Assembly (NCBI GenBank): GCA_051294905.1
Contig: CM119371.1
Span: 15,688,001-15,752,000 of the forward strand
Direction of reading: 5' to 3'
DNA: 64,000 bases
Source of the DNA: Botryllus schlosseri
Lineage: Eukaryota
The translations under genes were made by a program, and so were the position numbers. The notes beneath the pieces were generated by a model. The model saw nothing but the letters and a program-made list of their open reading frames with translations. It was not told where the DNA came from and ran no database searches. Each line of letters starts with the position of its first letter. Position 1 is the first letter of the stretch. Shown piece by piece: positions 1-13,756 of this stretch.

Positions 1-479
1 AAAACTAATGGAATATTTGTAAATTATACAGAAACACGTTTCATTCTTAATGACAAACTTCAGTCATTGCTTACGTTAAATGAATTGGTGATACGACTGT
101 TGATATTTAATTCTGTGACGAGTTTCAGCCGAAAATATTCGGGTATATTTGACTATAAATGTATTATTATATTTGTAACACCCCCGATTCGACGTGAACT
201 ACTTAACAAGGACGTCGTTATGTGCCAACTGTTACAAATTAATTACCAGGGTGTCACGAATTAAGTAAATTTTATCGACGACAGGGCCCTAGATAGCCTA
301 CGCAGCCTCTTCATGATATTTCCGGATCCATTCTATCACTTTAGAGACGGAAACAGTATCCGAATTGGATCAGGATTTCATCTTATCGAACAGGATTGCA
401 TCCGAACCGCGTAAAACTTGACGCGTTCCTTCCTTCCTATTGATGACCACATGACGTCAAACTTATTGTTTCATTGCAG

Positions 480-646
480 ATCCTGCTGCACCGGCGATCG
501 CTCAGGCACAGTTTCTCAGCGCGTGGGTGATTGTGTTGATAGTGCTGTTTATCCTATTTCTGATCATTATCGTCGCCATCATTATCGTATACTACTGCCG
601 GAAAAGACAAAGAGAGAAACAGAAAGGGTCGTATGACGTTTACGCG
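480..646 (+). CDS. Internal exon encoding the transmembrane helix and juxtamembrane region of a type I membrane protein (rest of gene not resolved)
   Basis: Acceptor TTGTTTCATTGCAG ends at 479 and donor GTAAGT starts at 647. Open frame (D)PAAPAIAQAQFLSAWVIVLIVLFILFLIIIVAIIIVYYCRKRQREKQKGSYDVYA gives a ~23-aa hydrophobic helix, a basic stop-transfer cluster and a KGSY motif. Not in the ORF track. Confidence 0.8.
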
Positions 647-684
647 GTAAGTATAACGATGCTAGTATTTCCATATGTTCGTGT

Positions 685-800
685 GGCGAGATAGCGTAGT
701 GGTACGTTCCACAGCTGCGACACCAATGGCTTGCGGGTTCGAGTTCGGCCGAGGTCGACTCCAGAACCCCTATATCCGACTCCAAACTCGCCATTGCGGG
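685..800 (+). mobile_element. tRNA-derived SINE head (3' end approximate)
   Basis: GGCGAGATAGCGTAGTGG (A-box-like) and GGTTCGAGTTC (B-box-like), followed by non-tRNA body sequence. Related copies at 11640-11859, 36530-36650 and ~62940-63053. Confidence 0.7.
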
Positions 801-3800
801 CTGAACTATCGTGTGCACGGGATCGTATGCCATGACATTGGATTATGTGAACTGTGCACACAGCCGGAAACAGTGGAACGTTTCCTGCTAAAATATCCGA
901 AATGCTCAACTAACAGACAATTCCATCCAAGCTACAAGGAACCATGGCGGCAACATTGTGTTACAGCAAATTCTTACTAGCCCTTTCACTGCAACGCTTA
1001 TTATAGAATTCGCACACCTGTCGAATCGAATAGTTTAGAAAAGTCTTGTTCTCTAATCAAACTTTCGATTTGGTGCACCAAGCAACAGTAGCCGAGCATC
1101 AATAAAAACCATACCCAGTACCCACCAACCAACCCTAGGTAACTCAAATGTCTTCAAAGATATTCGCTATCTTTGTACTGTAGGCTAGGCTATCCGTGGT
1201 GTCATTAGGCATTTTGAGTCGCGAATGTACATCACAGCCACTTTCGATTAACGGAAAAGAGTTTGCCGCACTTAGACAAAATCTACTGTTTGTAACTACT
1301 CACTCAAGTTATTTTAATACCATTCACCTCTACTTCCAATTGATGTTGCTTCAACATTAAATATTTAAAAATTGCTACTTTTATTCCTACTTCAGTAGCA
1401 AGACTGAAAACTTTGACCGCTTCTGATTATTACATTAGGGCTGCGTATACTGAATCGCAAGTGCATGGTTGCTAACGATTTGCCTTCAATACCAGATCCC
1501 AAAATCTCGACGCGAAAGAGGACATAATATTTCAACTGTATCGAGAGAATCTTACGACAACATGGTCATCGATTGATTTCGTCGCTGGAACCAACCAACG
1601 TGTTGTGTTGCTAAATTTATGCAGTTATCGCTGCTAAGCTTCGCAGAATATGTACCAATTTTCCCGTGCCTATGTTTTTGTATATACGACTTGAGATGGC
1701 GAGTGCTATGCGCTATTACCCGGCTTCTACAGTTCTATTCGTCTCAGACTGTTTTTTAATGCTAACATTTGCTCAGAGGTTGTCAGTTACTATGTGCTTC
1801 TACTTTTCCGAGTATACTCAAGTATCTTTTGCACACCTGATCTACAATTGGATATGGCTTTAGACCAATCCTACTACTATGCTTATTAAATTTACTTTCC
1901 GGGCAAAACTACTTACTTTTACACTTTGGATTGTGAAAATAGAAAGTAGTTTTGAGATATGTTTGCGTCACTTTTATGATTGAAGTTATCATGGCAACTG
2001 AGCGAAAGTAACCCATGTGTCGGAATAACCGAATATATTGTCGAAAATTACATCTGTTTGTTGGTTAGGTCATTGCATCCTGCAATTTTGATAGTGATCG
2101 CCTCCGATTGAAGCGACACATCGACAACATTTGCTTTTTGAAATGCGACTTAATCGAGTCTTTTTCAGATCTTCGCGTTCTACTTCCATTTGAAATTATT
2201 GGTATCGAAAATTTCTTCGGGATTACTATACTTCTACCTGTAATTGAGATATTCGGCCCTACTTCTATAGTTATGCATGAATACTTCACGCAGACTACTT
2301 TGAATGTAATTTGCTCCAATTCCATCAATCATCAACTCTAACCATACCGTCATTGAATAAAATTGAAGACTGTGCCGAGAACAGTTATTTTCACACAAGT
2401 TATCTACTGCATGCCTGAATGCCTTTCCTGGAATTCGATTTGCATAGTAGCCATAAATAGGTCTGCAAGTTATTACAATAATATATTGTGCTTGTTACTA
2501 AGTTTAGGTTGGTGTCTAATTGAACGAATTTGATATTTAACTATGTTACAGGGATGTTGGTAACCAAGCCATGAGGTTTTACAGTTATTCTCTGATCCTA
2601 ATTTTTGACTCGTGTCAATTTCACTCATCCGCCGAGTCGTTCGCAAGTGCGAGCCCACGCTACGAGAGGTCGAGTCCAAGTACGTACTTGTACGAAAACT
2701 CGTGTCAAATTTAAAATCTATGCTGTAACTGTTTTGTATGCGCTGCGTTAGATATCAGTTTGATATGGCCGCCGCTGGCCGCGCATTCACGCGTATTTGG
2801 AGAAGTGCCTTAAATCGTCTTCGTGTGTCATTAAGACCATTCGGATGCTGGGCTACATATAATAACCGGCTTTGGTAGTGCGGCGCTGGCAAGACGAATT
2901 GGCGTACGAGTGAATACGAAAATTGTCATGACAAACGGGAGAAATACGGGTCTTTATAGGCCATGACGATAGCACAATCAATATACCCATTATCAATTGA
3001 TGTCAGAAGCTGAGAAGTCCGTTCATGCATTGAAATCGTGTTTGCTGACAGTCATGACGGAGAAGCTCAATTCAATTTAAGGTAGGCCTCTACTATTTGA
3101 AAAAAATGAATACACTAAATACTGGCGGAATAAACGGATATTCCATCGATCAAGGAGGTTATACAAACACAGTATTTCAATGTAATAACATAGCGAACGA
3201 CCGAATACCGTATGGTAGGGACGGGAAACATACGGCCCGCGGGTCGGATCATGCCCACGAAGGGACTTTGAGCGGCCCTGAAAGTTAAATGCTAATATGA
3301 AAGTATTGACAAATTTTATGCGTCACAGAATGAATCAAATTTGCCAACCAGAGAAAAATGATCATGAAACTACTTGCTCTATTTAGGTCTACATACATTT
3401 TCAACCATGGACATTAACGAGACAAGGCTGCGTTCCAATATAACTTATGCTCACGTCCAGTCATTACTAAGGGTTTGTACATGCGAGATGCAGCCAGAGT
3501 TCAAAGAACTCGTCAAAAACTTTGACTCACCACAGCTGATTGTAAATTCATTGAATACTGTTTTTAGTCTCCATGCTTTAAACTTGAAGTTTATACATTA
3601 AATACTATTTATTCTTTGTATAGGTGGATAAATATGCGGAGAATTTGCCCGTCCCTGCCGTAGGGACTAGGGTGAGGGGTTATGCAGCCAGTGACAAAAA
3701 GGTCCGAAGAATATAAGTGTGTGTTGATTTTATTGATTTAAGCATAGTATCGAATTCAAGCATGACTAAATAAAAGACCAAAATTCTATTGGCGTAGAAA

Positions 3801-6108
3801 GAAGTATGCGATTCTGAACTCTGAATAGCAGTGCAGCTGCAACAATTTTTTGATGGTGCTACAGCGCCCCCTTCGGAACTGCTTCTTTTGCGTAGGCTAT
3901 GCTTTGAGTCGTCATTTGTGCAGTTTCAGTACGTCTCGCATTTGTAACACAATATTTAAAAAAATAAGTAATGTCTCGGCTTAACATTTTCATGAAACGC
4001 TAACTTTTAGTTAATCTTTTAGTTAAATGTAATTAAATTGCATGCACGTTTGTCGTTTACGTAGTGGTGGCGATAAAGCGTCTGCCACCCGGCGGCCCGG
4101 CTTCATAATTGGGTTTATTAGCAAACAGAGGTTATTCTTGGCTCCTCTTCTCCCGTGTCGCTGTTCTTACGGCAACAAAAAGCCAATAAATAGACCAGAT
4201 GAAAGAGTGCACTTACAAGGAATGGAAACAACAAACAGTGATGCGCGGATAGAGACAAATATCAAAGAAAGAACTGCGAGATCGGACACTGGGCCGAGGT
4301 GGATGCCCGTTTAAGAGGCCGCAACAACAACGGCAACTGGTCGTTCGGCATCCTCCAATCTGTTCATTACGTCGCATTACGCCTTATCGCTTTGATATTG
4401 AGTAAACAGCATATATTCCGATACCTGAGTTGTCGCTGATTGCATCGTTTTATATCTGTTCATTTGTAACTAGCACTGACCCACGAACCTAACTTTGTGC
4501 TTCTTTACAGCTTTGTATTGTTCATGTTCATGTTCATGTTCGAAACTGTTTGCTCGAATAGGCACGTAGACCCGAACAGTCTTAGCTTCGCCCTGAATGC
4601 CTTTACTGTTGAGAAGATTTCGTGAGCAAAAGTACTCTTCCCTTGAAATCTGGTGTTCATTGTTCAATTCATTAATTTGTTCAAAGACATCAACTAAGAA
4701 CCAAGAACAATGAAAGTATAAGAACAAAAATAAAACAAAGAAGTAAAGAATTAACTAGACGAGACACTCTTATTTGACGTAGCAAGCAAGTGATGGGGAA
4801 TTGCGGCAGACTGTGGCCGCGGGCCGCTCGGGATCCCGTCGTGGGCCGGATCCGGCCGCGGGTCGTATGTTGCCCGTCCATGCACTGAAGTATCTGCAAT
4901 TAGTATGATTTAGTTTGTCCTTTTTTCCGAACTCTAAATTTCAAACACTTCTTCCATATATTTTCGATTACCGAATTTCAAATGGCCAGCCGGAGCCGGA
5001 TGGATTCGGAAATGAGACCATTTCTGCTCTCCGCTAGCTCGACCGTTAATAACTGCTGTATCAGCTAAGCCTCTTTACCATATTTTTTTATAATATTTTC
5101 GTCCTCTGTATTTATGTAATCATAGGCATGCTACAATCATTGATTTGCTCGCTGGTTGACTGGTAAATTATCTCTTAACTCTCTCTCTCTCCCGCTCCAA
5201 AATAAACAATAACATTGAGTAGGAGTGGAGAACACGCTGAGCTGACTGCTGATGGTATCCAGTGGCTCAAATGTTTATATATTTGACAGCCAATCGTTGT
5301 TTATGGTGGCTTGTAGTAGTTTGTTCTTGAAGATCTAATGGCCTTGCGGTACATGATGCGATAAGCGTACGTGTCGCATATCACAGGTATACTCGAATCG
5401 TAGCATGAGACGGCGATGGGTCCGACAATTAACTCGACTGACGACGTGAGTGTGAGACAGTAAAAAGCGAAAATTGTGCTGGAACAGACGAGGAAGCGCA
5501 AAAACACCTTCCCAGGTTCTAGTCAGTATCAGCGAGCTAGGCACAGGAATATCTGCACGCGAGAATGAAACATGGATAAATTCAACCTGTTAAGGTTGAA
5601 CTCTTTGAATTTAGAACCCCTTTCTGATGTGATAGGCTATAGAGCAAATAGAGCTCACGATCTACTTTTGATTTATCCGATTTCAAAACTGTTTGGAAGT
5701 TAGCCTGCAACTCGTTTAGGACCAGTAATATATGAGAAAGCTACTGTACACAAATTTTTAAACAAACTTTGACAAAATTTATCGCTGTTAGCAATATTTG
5801 GAAGTATATTAGATTCTAGCAAAGTCAAATTTCTTTCAAAACAATTTCAATTGTCCAAATCAGTCGTAATTGAATTCTTGGTCGACTTTGTAAAACCACT
5901 GGTATACTTTGTTCGAAATTAGACTACTATTATTTTTACTTAGCATTACATTGTAACAGTGCTAAACCACTTGAATTGAATATTTATTTAACTGCTGGTG
6001 AATCAGTCTTTTATTGCATACGAACGCAGTCCGATTTGGTGTAGGCTGACATGTGAAAATTATTATTCATGTTCATTGATAAATCATTTAGCCATCTACT
6101 CTATTAAT

Positions 6109-6578
6109 CAGGGTTGTAATGACTGGAGTCATGACTGGACTCGAGTGGCGAATTTTGGGTGACTCAACTTGACTCGAGTCATTTTGTCAAAATACTGAAA
6201 TTGACTCGACTCTGCCAACCTGTGCATTGACTCGACTTGTACTCCAGTCATTGCGCTAATTGCGCATGACTCAGATCAAGTCATATGGCTTGAGACTCGG
6301 TCGGCCAATAGTGACATTTCCACATCATTACTATTTCGTCTATTAGTACGGGTAATAGAAACTGCGACCAGAAACTGTTAAAAGTGTTGAAAATTGGTAT
6401 ATTCTCAATGAGAAGCATTCGATAACAACAAGCAGAGTTGTAAAAAGTGAGTTTAACAAGACTTTAATTCGAAAATGAACAGTCAACACAATGACTTGGA
6501 CCCAGACTCAATGGTGAATTGAAAATGACTCGACTTGAATCTAATCAAAACTATAAAAGTGAATTGGTTACAACCCTG
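6109..6578. mobile_element. hAT-like MITE with GACTC/GAGTC subterminal repeats
   Basis: Termini CAGGGTTGTAA...TTACAACCCTG with dense GACTCGAGTC motifs. Related copies at ~8989-9709, 52899-53566 and 55965-56412. Confidence 0.7.
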
Positions 6579-6771
6579 CCACTGCCATTATTATAGTAAT
6601 ACCATCGTTGATGAGCACCCCCTGCAGTTTTCCAATGCAGGTTAATCTATCAATGTTATTCATTTTGACAATCAACACCCCCTAATTCAATACCTGTTTA
6701 TCTATAATCATGTTTACTTTCAAAACAGGACTAGTCTCTATTATTGTATCCTTGACGGGTGATCAGTTATC

Positions 6772-8421
6772 ATGGTGCGAGTTGTACGTCCTGATGTGGA
6801 AAAGCACGCAGTTTGTATGATGGCTGAATTGCATCGAATGAAGCAAGATAGCGATCATTGTGATTTCATAATTCAAGCTGGAGATGATGTCTATCGTACT
6901 CACAAAAATGTATTGTCGGCTGGCTCCGCTTATTTTAGAGCTATGCTGAAGCACGACACGAAAGAGAGTCGTGAAGGAAGTGTCGTTTTCAAAGACGTTG
7001 ATTCAGAGTGTGTAAAAAATTGCATCGATTTCATATATTCCGGTGAATTTGAGATTCCTGATGGAACTATCGTGGAACTTCTTCACGTCGCAATCATGAT
7101 GCAGTTGGAAGACGTAAAGCAAGCCGTATCCGATATTTTGGCGGATTCACTTACTATTGAAAATTATTTCTCTACCAGAAATGTGGGTGATATTTATGGA
7201 CTGGTTGATGTTTCTTCGAGATGTAGTATATTTTTACTGGAAAATATCTTGGAAATCTCAAACCAACCTGGATTTGAAAGCATTGAGAAAGATGATCTTC
7301 TCAATCTTTTGAAATCGCGAGAGTCGGAATTATGTGAAGAAGAAAAACTTGCGTTATCGCTCAAGTGGATCGACAAATGTCAGGGTAAAATCGAATTTTT
7401 GCACGAATTTCTCGAAGTAATCAAGTTTCATCAAATCTCCCCGGTGTATTTGCAGCATATTTTAGAAATTCATCCCCGTATAAGCAACGAATTGGAGTTG
7501 TACAAGTTATTCACTGGACATATTCTGAAAGCTTCCTTCAATGTCAAAGAGGATAAGGACGCTAATAAATTGTTAATTCTTTTCGACTACCGTGCACAAT
7601 GCCTCCGATCCTTCAATCCGAGAACAGAGGAAATAGAAAAGTTTCATGTTGCAAAGTGTGATTTCGATGAATCTTTCACAGCGATTCTCCATGACTCATA
7701 TATATATGTCCTTTGTGAAGCTAAATCAGTTCATCGGCTCAATTTTGTTGACAAAAATTCAAGATGGGAATAGATGAGTGATATGATTTGTGACCATGGT
7801 TGGTATCCGCGCACAGTTTGTTAAACTGGATCAATATTCGTTATTGGAGGAAGCGCATTCACAGCAACAACTGATGTGGAAGAATTTGACTCGTCTGAAA
7901 ATAGATGGTTTCAACTGGAAAGCAAACCATCAGCAATTGCGCATGCAAGTCTTGTATCATTGGATGGTTCTATTTATTGTATCGGAGGCTTGCGAGATGG
8001 TGTCGTTGTTTCTTCGTTCTGCAGATTCTCTCCATCCTCATCAGAGTGGGTTGACCTCGATCCAGTGCGATATCCTGTGTCTGGTAGTGGAGCTGTTGCA
8101 GTTTATCAGAGGATATTTGTGATCGGTGGGTGGAGTGGAGAAGATGACATCGATAACGTAGAATGTTACAATGTTACTTCAGCTCAATGGACTTCATCGC
8201 CATCTATGAATTCCTGTCGTGGTGACAATGCTGCGTATTGCATCGGCAGTTGGATTTTTGTAGTGAATGAGTTTGGCGACACTGATGCCATTGAGAAGTA
8301 CGATCAATTGAACAAAAAATGGTGCAAGACGAAGGTAACAGATAAATTTCTGAGTTTTTGGATCTGTAATGGTGAAGGAAAATGGATGAAAGAGGACATG
8401 AGATGTCACAATGTGCACTAA
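6772..8421 (+). pseudogene. Kelch-like (BTB-BACK-Kelch) gene with premature stops; could still encode a 333-aa BTB-BACK product
   Basis: BTB motif HKNVLSAGSAYFRAML and Kelch GG motifs (IYCIGG, IFVIGGWSG). ORFs 6772 and 7876 share a frame but are separated by TAG (7771-7773) and TAA (7822-7824). The intact paralog has K and S at these positions. The C-terminus is frameshifted relative to the paralog. Confidence 0.9.
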
Positions 8422-11417
8422 AAATCCTGTGAATAATGTTTGAACGTGCGTCTATGCGCTTGGAATGAGTTTCAGTTGAGCTGATGCTTCAGGGGGATTA
8501 AAGATATAATTCGAAATGCAATTGTGGGTCATTCGATCAGGATTCTATCTATTTAGTGACACCTCATTTGAGTAATAGATTGTGATTTCTTGATTGGACA
8601 TTGCGGCAGATGTGCCCGACGCATCTGATGATTTAGCGAATAAAATAGTCCAAAAATGTCATGGAATGATGCCTGTGCCCGTATTATAAGGACAGTAGTT
8701 TAGACGAAGAGCAATAAGGAGAACTTTTGTCAGATACGGTGTAAATACTTTGCTCGATTAGTATACGTTAATAACAAATATATTTACTGTAATGAAGCAT
8801 GTCATATCATTGGCAACAATGTGGTGTGAACGGAACCAGGCAACACGCTACCTAAAATATATTCACGGATACTTTTGTAAAAAGATATTAGCCACACCAT
8901 GCAGTGTGCCGTACTGAATTTTTATGAAATTTTTCAGTCTTTCTCTCTAGTCTCTAATATAATACTTCTACTTGACAAATTGAAAATCAGGGCTGTAATG
9001 ACTCGACTCGAGTCATGATTTTCTGATGACTCGACTCATTATCTCATAATTCGGAAATGCGCATGACTCGAACCGAGTCATATGACTCAAGACTCAGACA
9101 GCAAGACCGACATTTCGACACACTCTTGTGATTTTGTCTATTGGTACTGGTACTTGAAAATGCGACCAGAAACATCTAAAAGTAAGGAAAATTAGTATAT
9201 TATAAATAGGATCCATTCGATACTGCCATTGAACAGAGGGCTCTTAGCACAGGGTTGCAATGACTCGAGTCACGATTTTCTGTTGACTCGACTTGACTCA
9301 AGTCATTTCCTCAATCTGTGTATTGACTCGACTTAGACTCGAGTCATTGACCATGACTCGAGACTCAGACAGCCAAGACCAACATCTCATTGGAATTTCG
9401 GAGAAGAGTAAAGTAACCACACTATCGGGATTTCGTCTATTGGTACTGTTACTTGAAAATGCCACCATGCACTGCTAAAGGTGAGGAAAATTAGTATGTT
9501 GTAAATGCGAACCATTCGATATCACCAAACATAGTTATAAAAAGTGGGTTTAACAAGACTTTAACTGGAAACTGAGCAGTCAACACAATGACTTGGACTC
9601 GGACTTGATTCAGTGGTGAATTGAAAACGACTCGACTTAACTCGAGTCAAAACTATTAAAATTGATTGACTTGGACTCGGAACCTTGTGACTCCTTACAG
9701 TACAACCCCGAGAATTCGGCATTTCGTCCGCAGCGACGGCAAGGGTCATCAACATTTTATTAAAATTTGAAAGTGGGCGTGGCTGGACACGTGGCGCTCG
9801 CTCATTGGCCGGCTATAACCGGCCTACCCCTACTACTGACGACGCCTCAAATTAAAGATAAAATCGGGATAAAATGTGTCCGCAGCCAGTTTGTTCAGAA
9901 AGACGCCGTAATAGTATACTGCAGCTAAAATACAATTCTAACTATCCCCGTTTGCTCGCAAGCTGCATAAATAAATTTTTATGGTGTCGCGGTTGCTCGT
10001 TGTTGCTACAAATTGCTGGCACGGTTTCTTCACTGTGGTCCGTGCTCGACCCAGTTTCTCGACAAGACTGCCCTCCCCTATACCAGGCCAGACAGCATGG
10101 CTAGAGTCACGAGGTAAAAGAGACTCGGCGTAAAAACTTCCAACAAAATAAAAATTCTGTAGCTGATCCACTTCAAGAAAAAATCGAAAAACGAAGTAGA
10201 AGCGGACACAAAACCATGCGCCAACTGCGGGGCTTCATTGTAACATGACTAGAGTGGTCCTCAACCGGTGCGCCACGGCATATACCAGTATGCCATTCAC
10301 GTCTCGCAATGGTGCCGCGAGAGATTTCTTCAAAATTGGGAAATTATACGCAAAATAATTCTAGTCTATGGCAAACAATCAATAATCTAAATCGGGATCG
10401 ATATGAAGTTTGTATATATGTCAAATCAAAATTGCTGTTATACCTAGGCAATCAATACTATACCCGCTAATTCGCTTTACCCGACCTATCGCGTGATTTG
10501 AATGCGATTTAAGTTTTTCACAATATACGTTGATTATTCGCAGAGAAGATTACAGACTTGGCGGTGCCCGTGTGACAATCCAATTTTCAAATTCTCATTG
10601 TCTTCCTAATCACAAGCGAGAAATGAACTCGTTTGGCAGTGATGTCCACGTTTACAAATTCGAATTACAGACATAGCCATCCACACTGCGATTGTGAGGC
10701 AGCGTGCTGGCACTGCCGTTGCAAAATAGGCTTGTAGCGCAACTTTATGTTAGACACGACGAATTTAACAATTTATAAGTAAAGTTGATCAAATTATATC
10801 AGTTAACAAATTTAACGGCCGCAAAGGTTATAAATCGGTTTGTTGGAAGCTTGGAACTATAATTGAACTGCGGGTGGATGCCAGTAGAATTTTCGAGGTT
10901 TCGCTATCCTCGAATGTGATACACGATCTGCGTGGAAATGCGTTTTGGATCCAAGGTTAGCGACATCGACAATGCGGAAGGGTGCATAGTTTGTCAAACA
11001 AATCTTATGAATATATTACTGATAATAGGAGCTCAATTATAGCAACGCCTTTATTCGCATACGGAATATTGCTAGGCCCGTCCTATGATTTATTATTTTG
11101 AAGTTTCCAATACTGCACTTACGATTCATTACTACCATAAAGGCGGCTAAATATTAAACCTCTATTTTATCGATTCAGAAATTGAACCGGACCAATATAT
11201 AAATACAAGTTATAGTTATCATAGAAACGCCTACTGCAGAATACGCTCGCCATCGGCCAAATGGATTGAATTCAAATATCCGTTTCCTCGAATATTAACA
11301 ATTAATCAAGCGATGATTAAAAAGGGCAATAATGAAGTAAACATTAATTTTGTATATAATTGAACAGTAAAACATGTGGTAGAAGCTGGAAACGATTGTT
11401 TGTTGAGACGTCTATTG

Positions 11418-13117
11418 CAGCAGTTCTCAACCGGGGGTCCGCGAAGCAATTTCAGGGGGTCCGCGAGACCTCTAAATTTTTAAAATGATCGATAACCTAA
11501 TTTTAATTTGAGAAAGCATGAGGCAGTTTCGCACCACAACTGCTAAAACCTCATGACTCATATCATCATAACAATCGTCTGACATTGTTTGTTTTGTGGT
11601 ATTCATGGTGTTTATCGACTACTTTAGGCACGTACACCAGGCCGATATTCTTCATTATTTTCCGTAACTGCCCACTTATAGCACGGCCCACCTCTAGGCT
11701 TTTTGTAAGACACCGCTTACGTGGATGAGGTGGCGTGGAGGAGCCTATAGGTAAACCTCAAACACTTAGGTATCGGAATTCTGAAGTCAACCTCGGTCGG
11801 ACTCGAACCCGCACCCATTGATGTTGCAGCCGCGGATTATACCACTGCGCTATCTCGCCACTAAGCGTCTGACATGAACTATCGTAGTGTGGAAATTCAT
11901 TTTCATTGCCAATTTTCCAATAACCTGCTGATACAAACATATTGTTGTTTAGAGACGTATTGTTGGGGTTTGTGGACAAATAAAAATATGGAGATAGTAA
12001 CGTCAGTCAGGGTGACTTCGTAATGTCTGCGAAACTTTCTCGATTCGAAGTTGTCAGTCTCATCAAATTAGTGTACAGTCGTTTGAAATAAAAATTTCCG
12101 AAGTATTTCCCTAATTTGTCCCAATTCAGGGATTGAAACCTCGCCACGAAATCCATTTTATCCGGTGATATACATAACCTCTATTTCCACAGCTTCTTGG
12201 AGGTACAGAACTTCAATATACAATTGAGTAGTATATTCATATTGAAATAAACCCGAATAATTTCGGCTGACACTCGTCATAACGGCTGACACTCGTCATA
12301 AATCGGACAATGATATACCTGCTCAGCTCGGCTATCAGATTTGGCGCATTCTTATTGCGGATGCCCTATCGACAAGGCTGTTTTTTTTATGAACAAGGAG
12401 TGTTTCGTTGCTATCAAAGCATTACGCTCCAACCCTGAAATCCATATCACCAGTTACATTGGTATGCACATGCACTATGCAGCCTTGTCTTGTCTTTCTT
12501 AGGTTGGAAAACTTGGATCCATTCTTTGGCCCATTAAATTTGTATATACTTTTAGATTAGGATTTCCATTTGACGGTAGAAATTCTCTGCGGGCCGATCA
12601 AAATGCCGTCGCGGGCTGAATCCGACCCACGGTCCGTATGTTGCCCTTCCCTTCGCTATAGATGCTGGACGTGATCTGCTCATAAGATATATGTTTCTTC
12701 ATTTTGGTGCCATAAATGTGGCGATCACACCAAAAGTGGGCCTATCGTCGGAAGCGTTATGCGTTAATATTGCATTAGCCTCCATCTATCTTTGCGGAAA
12801 TGGTTTTCGGCACTCCTCGTTAATATCGAAACGAAGACGCGGATTTTCAAGACACGACCACGCACTTCAAGAAATACAGCAGCAAAATTAGCTTTGAAAT
12901 AATAAAAGTCTACCAATTTATAGATAAATAGTATGATGTTATTTTAAAGAAAAATAATAATTTTGCTGTTTATCACAAGCCTACAGTTTATATTTGCACA
13001 CGACAGGTGACGGTCGCACCATAATTATGCTAAATTTGAACTAAAACTTGAGGGGGTCCGCGAGGGTCCATGACGGTCAGAAGGGGTCCGCGAAGCCAAA
13101 AAGGTTGAGAACCACTG
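11418..13117. mobile_element. Non-autonomous hAT-type DNA transposon with internal insertions
   Basis: Termini CAGCAGTTCTCAACC...GGTTGAGAACCACTG, exact 8-bp TSD GTCTATTG (11410-11417, 13118-13125), GGGGTCCGCG subterminal repeats. Confidence 0.85.
11640..11859 (-). mobile_element. tRNA-derived SINE nested in the hAT element (3' end approximate)
   Basis: Minus strand reads GGCGAGATAGCGCAGTGG...GGTTCGAGTCCG (Pol III A/B boxes); homologous to the copy at 685. Confidence 0.7.
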
Positions 13118-13125
13118 GTCTATTG

Positions 13126-13440
13126 GCTAATCAATAGATTTGGTGTTCTAGACATGGACGATATGAGGAAGCTAGAAATTGCCAAGTTTGTATCAGTTCC
13201 ATTGTGGTCAAAGTCCCACCAATTTTAACTACTACTTCACGACTTCACCTCGGCATCAAATGCGCATAGCTACAACACACGCGCGTCCTCGAAGAACAAC
13301 TATCATATGATCAGGATGGAATACAAGGAAGCGCATAGCTCTAATAAGCAGTATGCCGGACCTGCAGTGCGCAACAGCATCTCGGCGGCTATCCGACATG
13401 CATCAAATCGAAACAAATGCAATTTCCACTGAATCAATAG
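13126..13440 (+). mobile_element. Degenerate 3' end of a CR1/L2-type LINE ORF2
   Basis: Broken frames give LGVLDMDDMRKLEIAKFV...NAHSYNTRASSKNNYH...YAGPAVRNSI, resembling the post-RT C-terminal motifs of CR1/L2 clade elements. Confidence 0.55.
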
Positions 13441-13756
13441 GCTAATAGTCCACCCACAAGATCACCTGACCGCAATCTGACATGTCGACCTCGCCTATAA
13501 CGGCAAATGATCCATTCATTTTTGTCGCTTACTTTTATGTTTTCCTTTCTTAAATCCAGTGTGCATGCCTTTTATTTAAATGTTGTACATGCCGAAATCA
13601 AATTGGGACAAATGCTGAATTACAACTGATTGCATTTTTGATACTATAATGCAAGTAGAATGATGACTCGTCTCTATTGTCCAATGTAATGCCGCACACA
13701 ATGGATAATGTATTGAACAAGAAAAAGAACCAAGCACTGGACATGGACAATAATGG

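Larger units (their letters stand above)
628..9768 (+). repeat. Left arm of a ~9-kb inverted segmental duplication (pairs with ~52840-63110)
   Basis: Collinear reverse-complement similarity throughout: 628 GTCGTATGA vs 63110, paired ORFs 4042/60780 and 6772/54160, and 9712-9768 vs 52840-52897. Many substitutions and arm-specific indels. Confidence 0.95.

Noticed and set aside
685..760. Functional tRNA genes (also ~11790-11859, 36580-36650, 62980-63053)
   Set aside because: A/B boxes run on into SINE-like body sequence; no convincing acceptor stem or terminator.
4042..4314. ORF apparently conserved with 60780-61058, and the many paired 60-120 aa ORFs
   Set aside because: The pairing is explained by the DNA duplications; no recognisable domains.
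7771..7824. Programmed stop-codon readthrough in the left Kelch gene
   Set aside because: Two different stops plus a terminal frameshift, each replacing sense sequence in the paralog, fit mutational decay.
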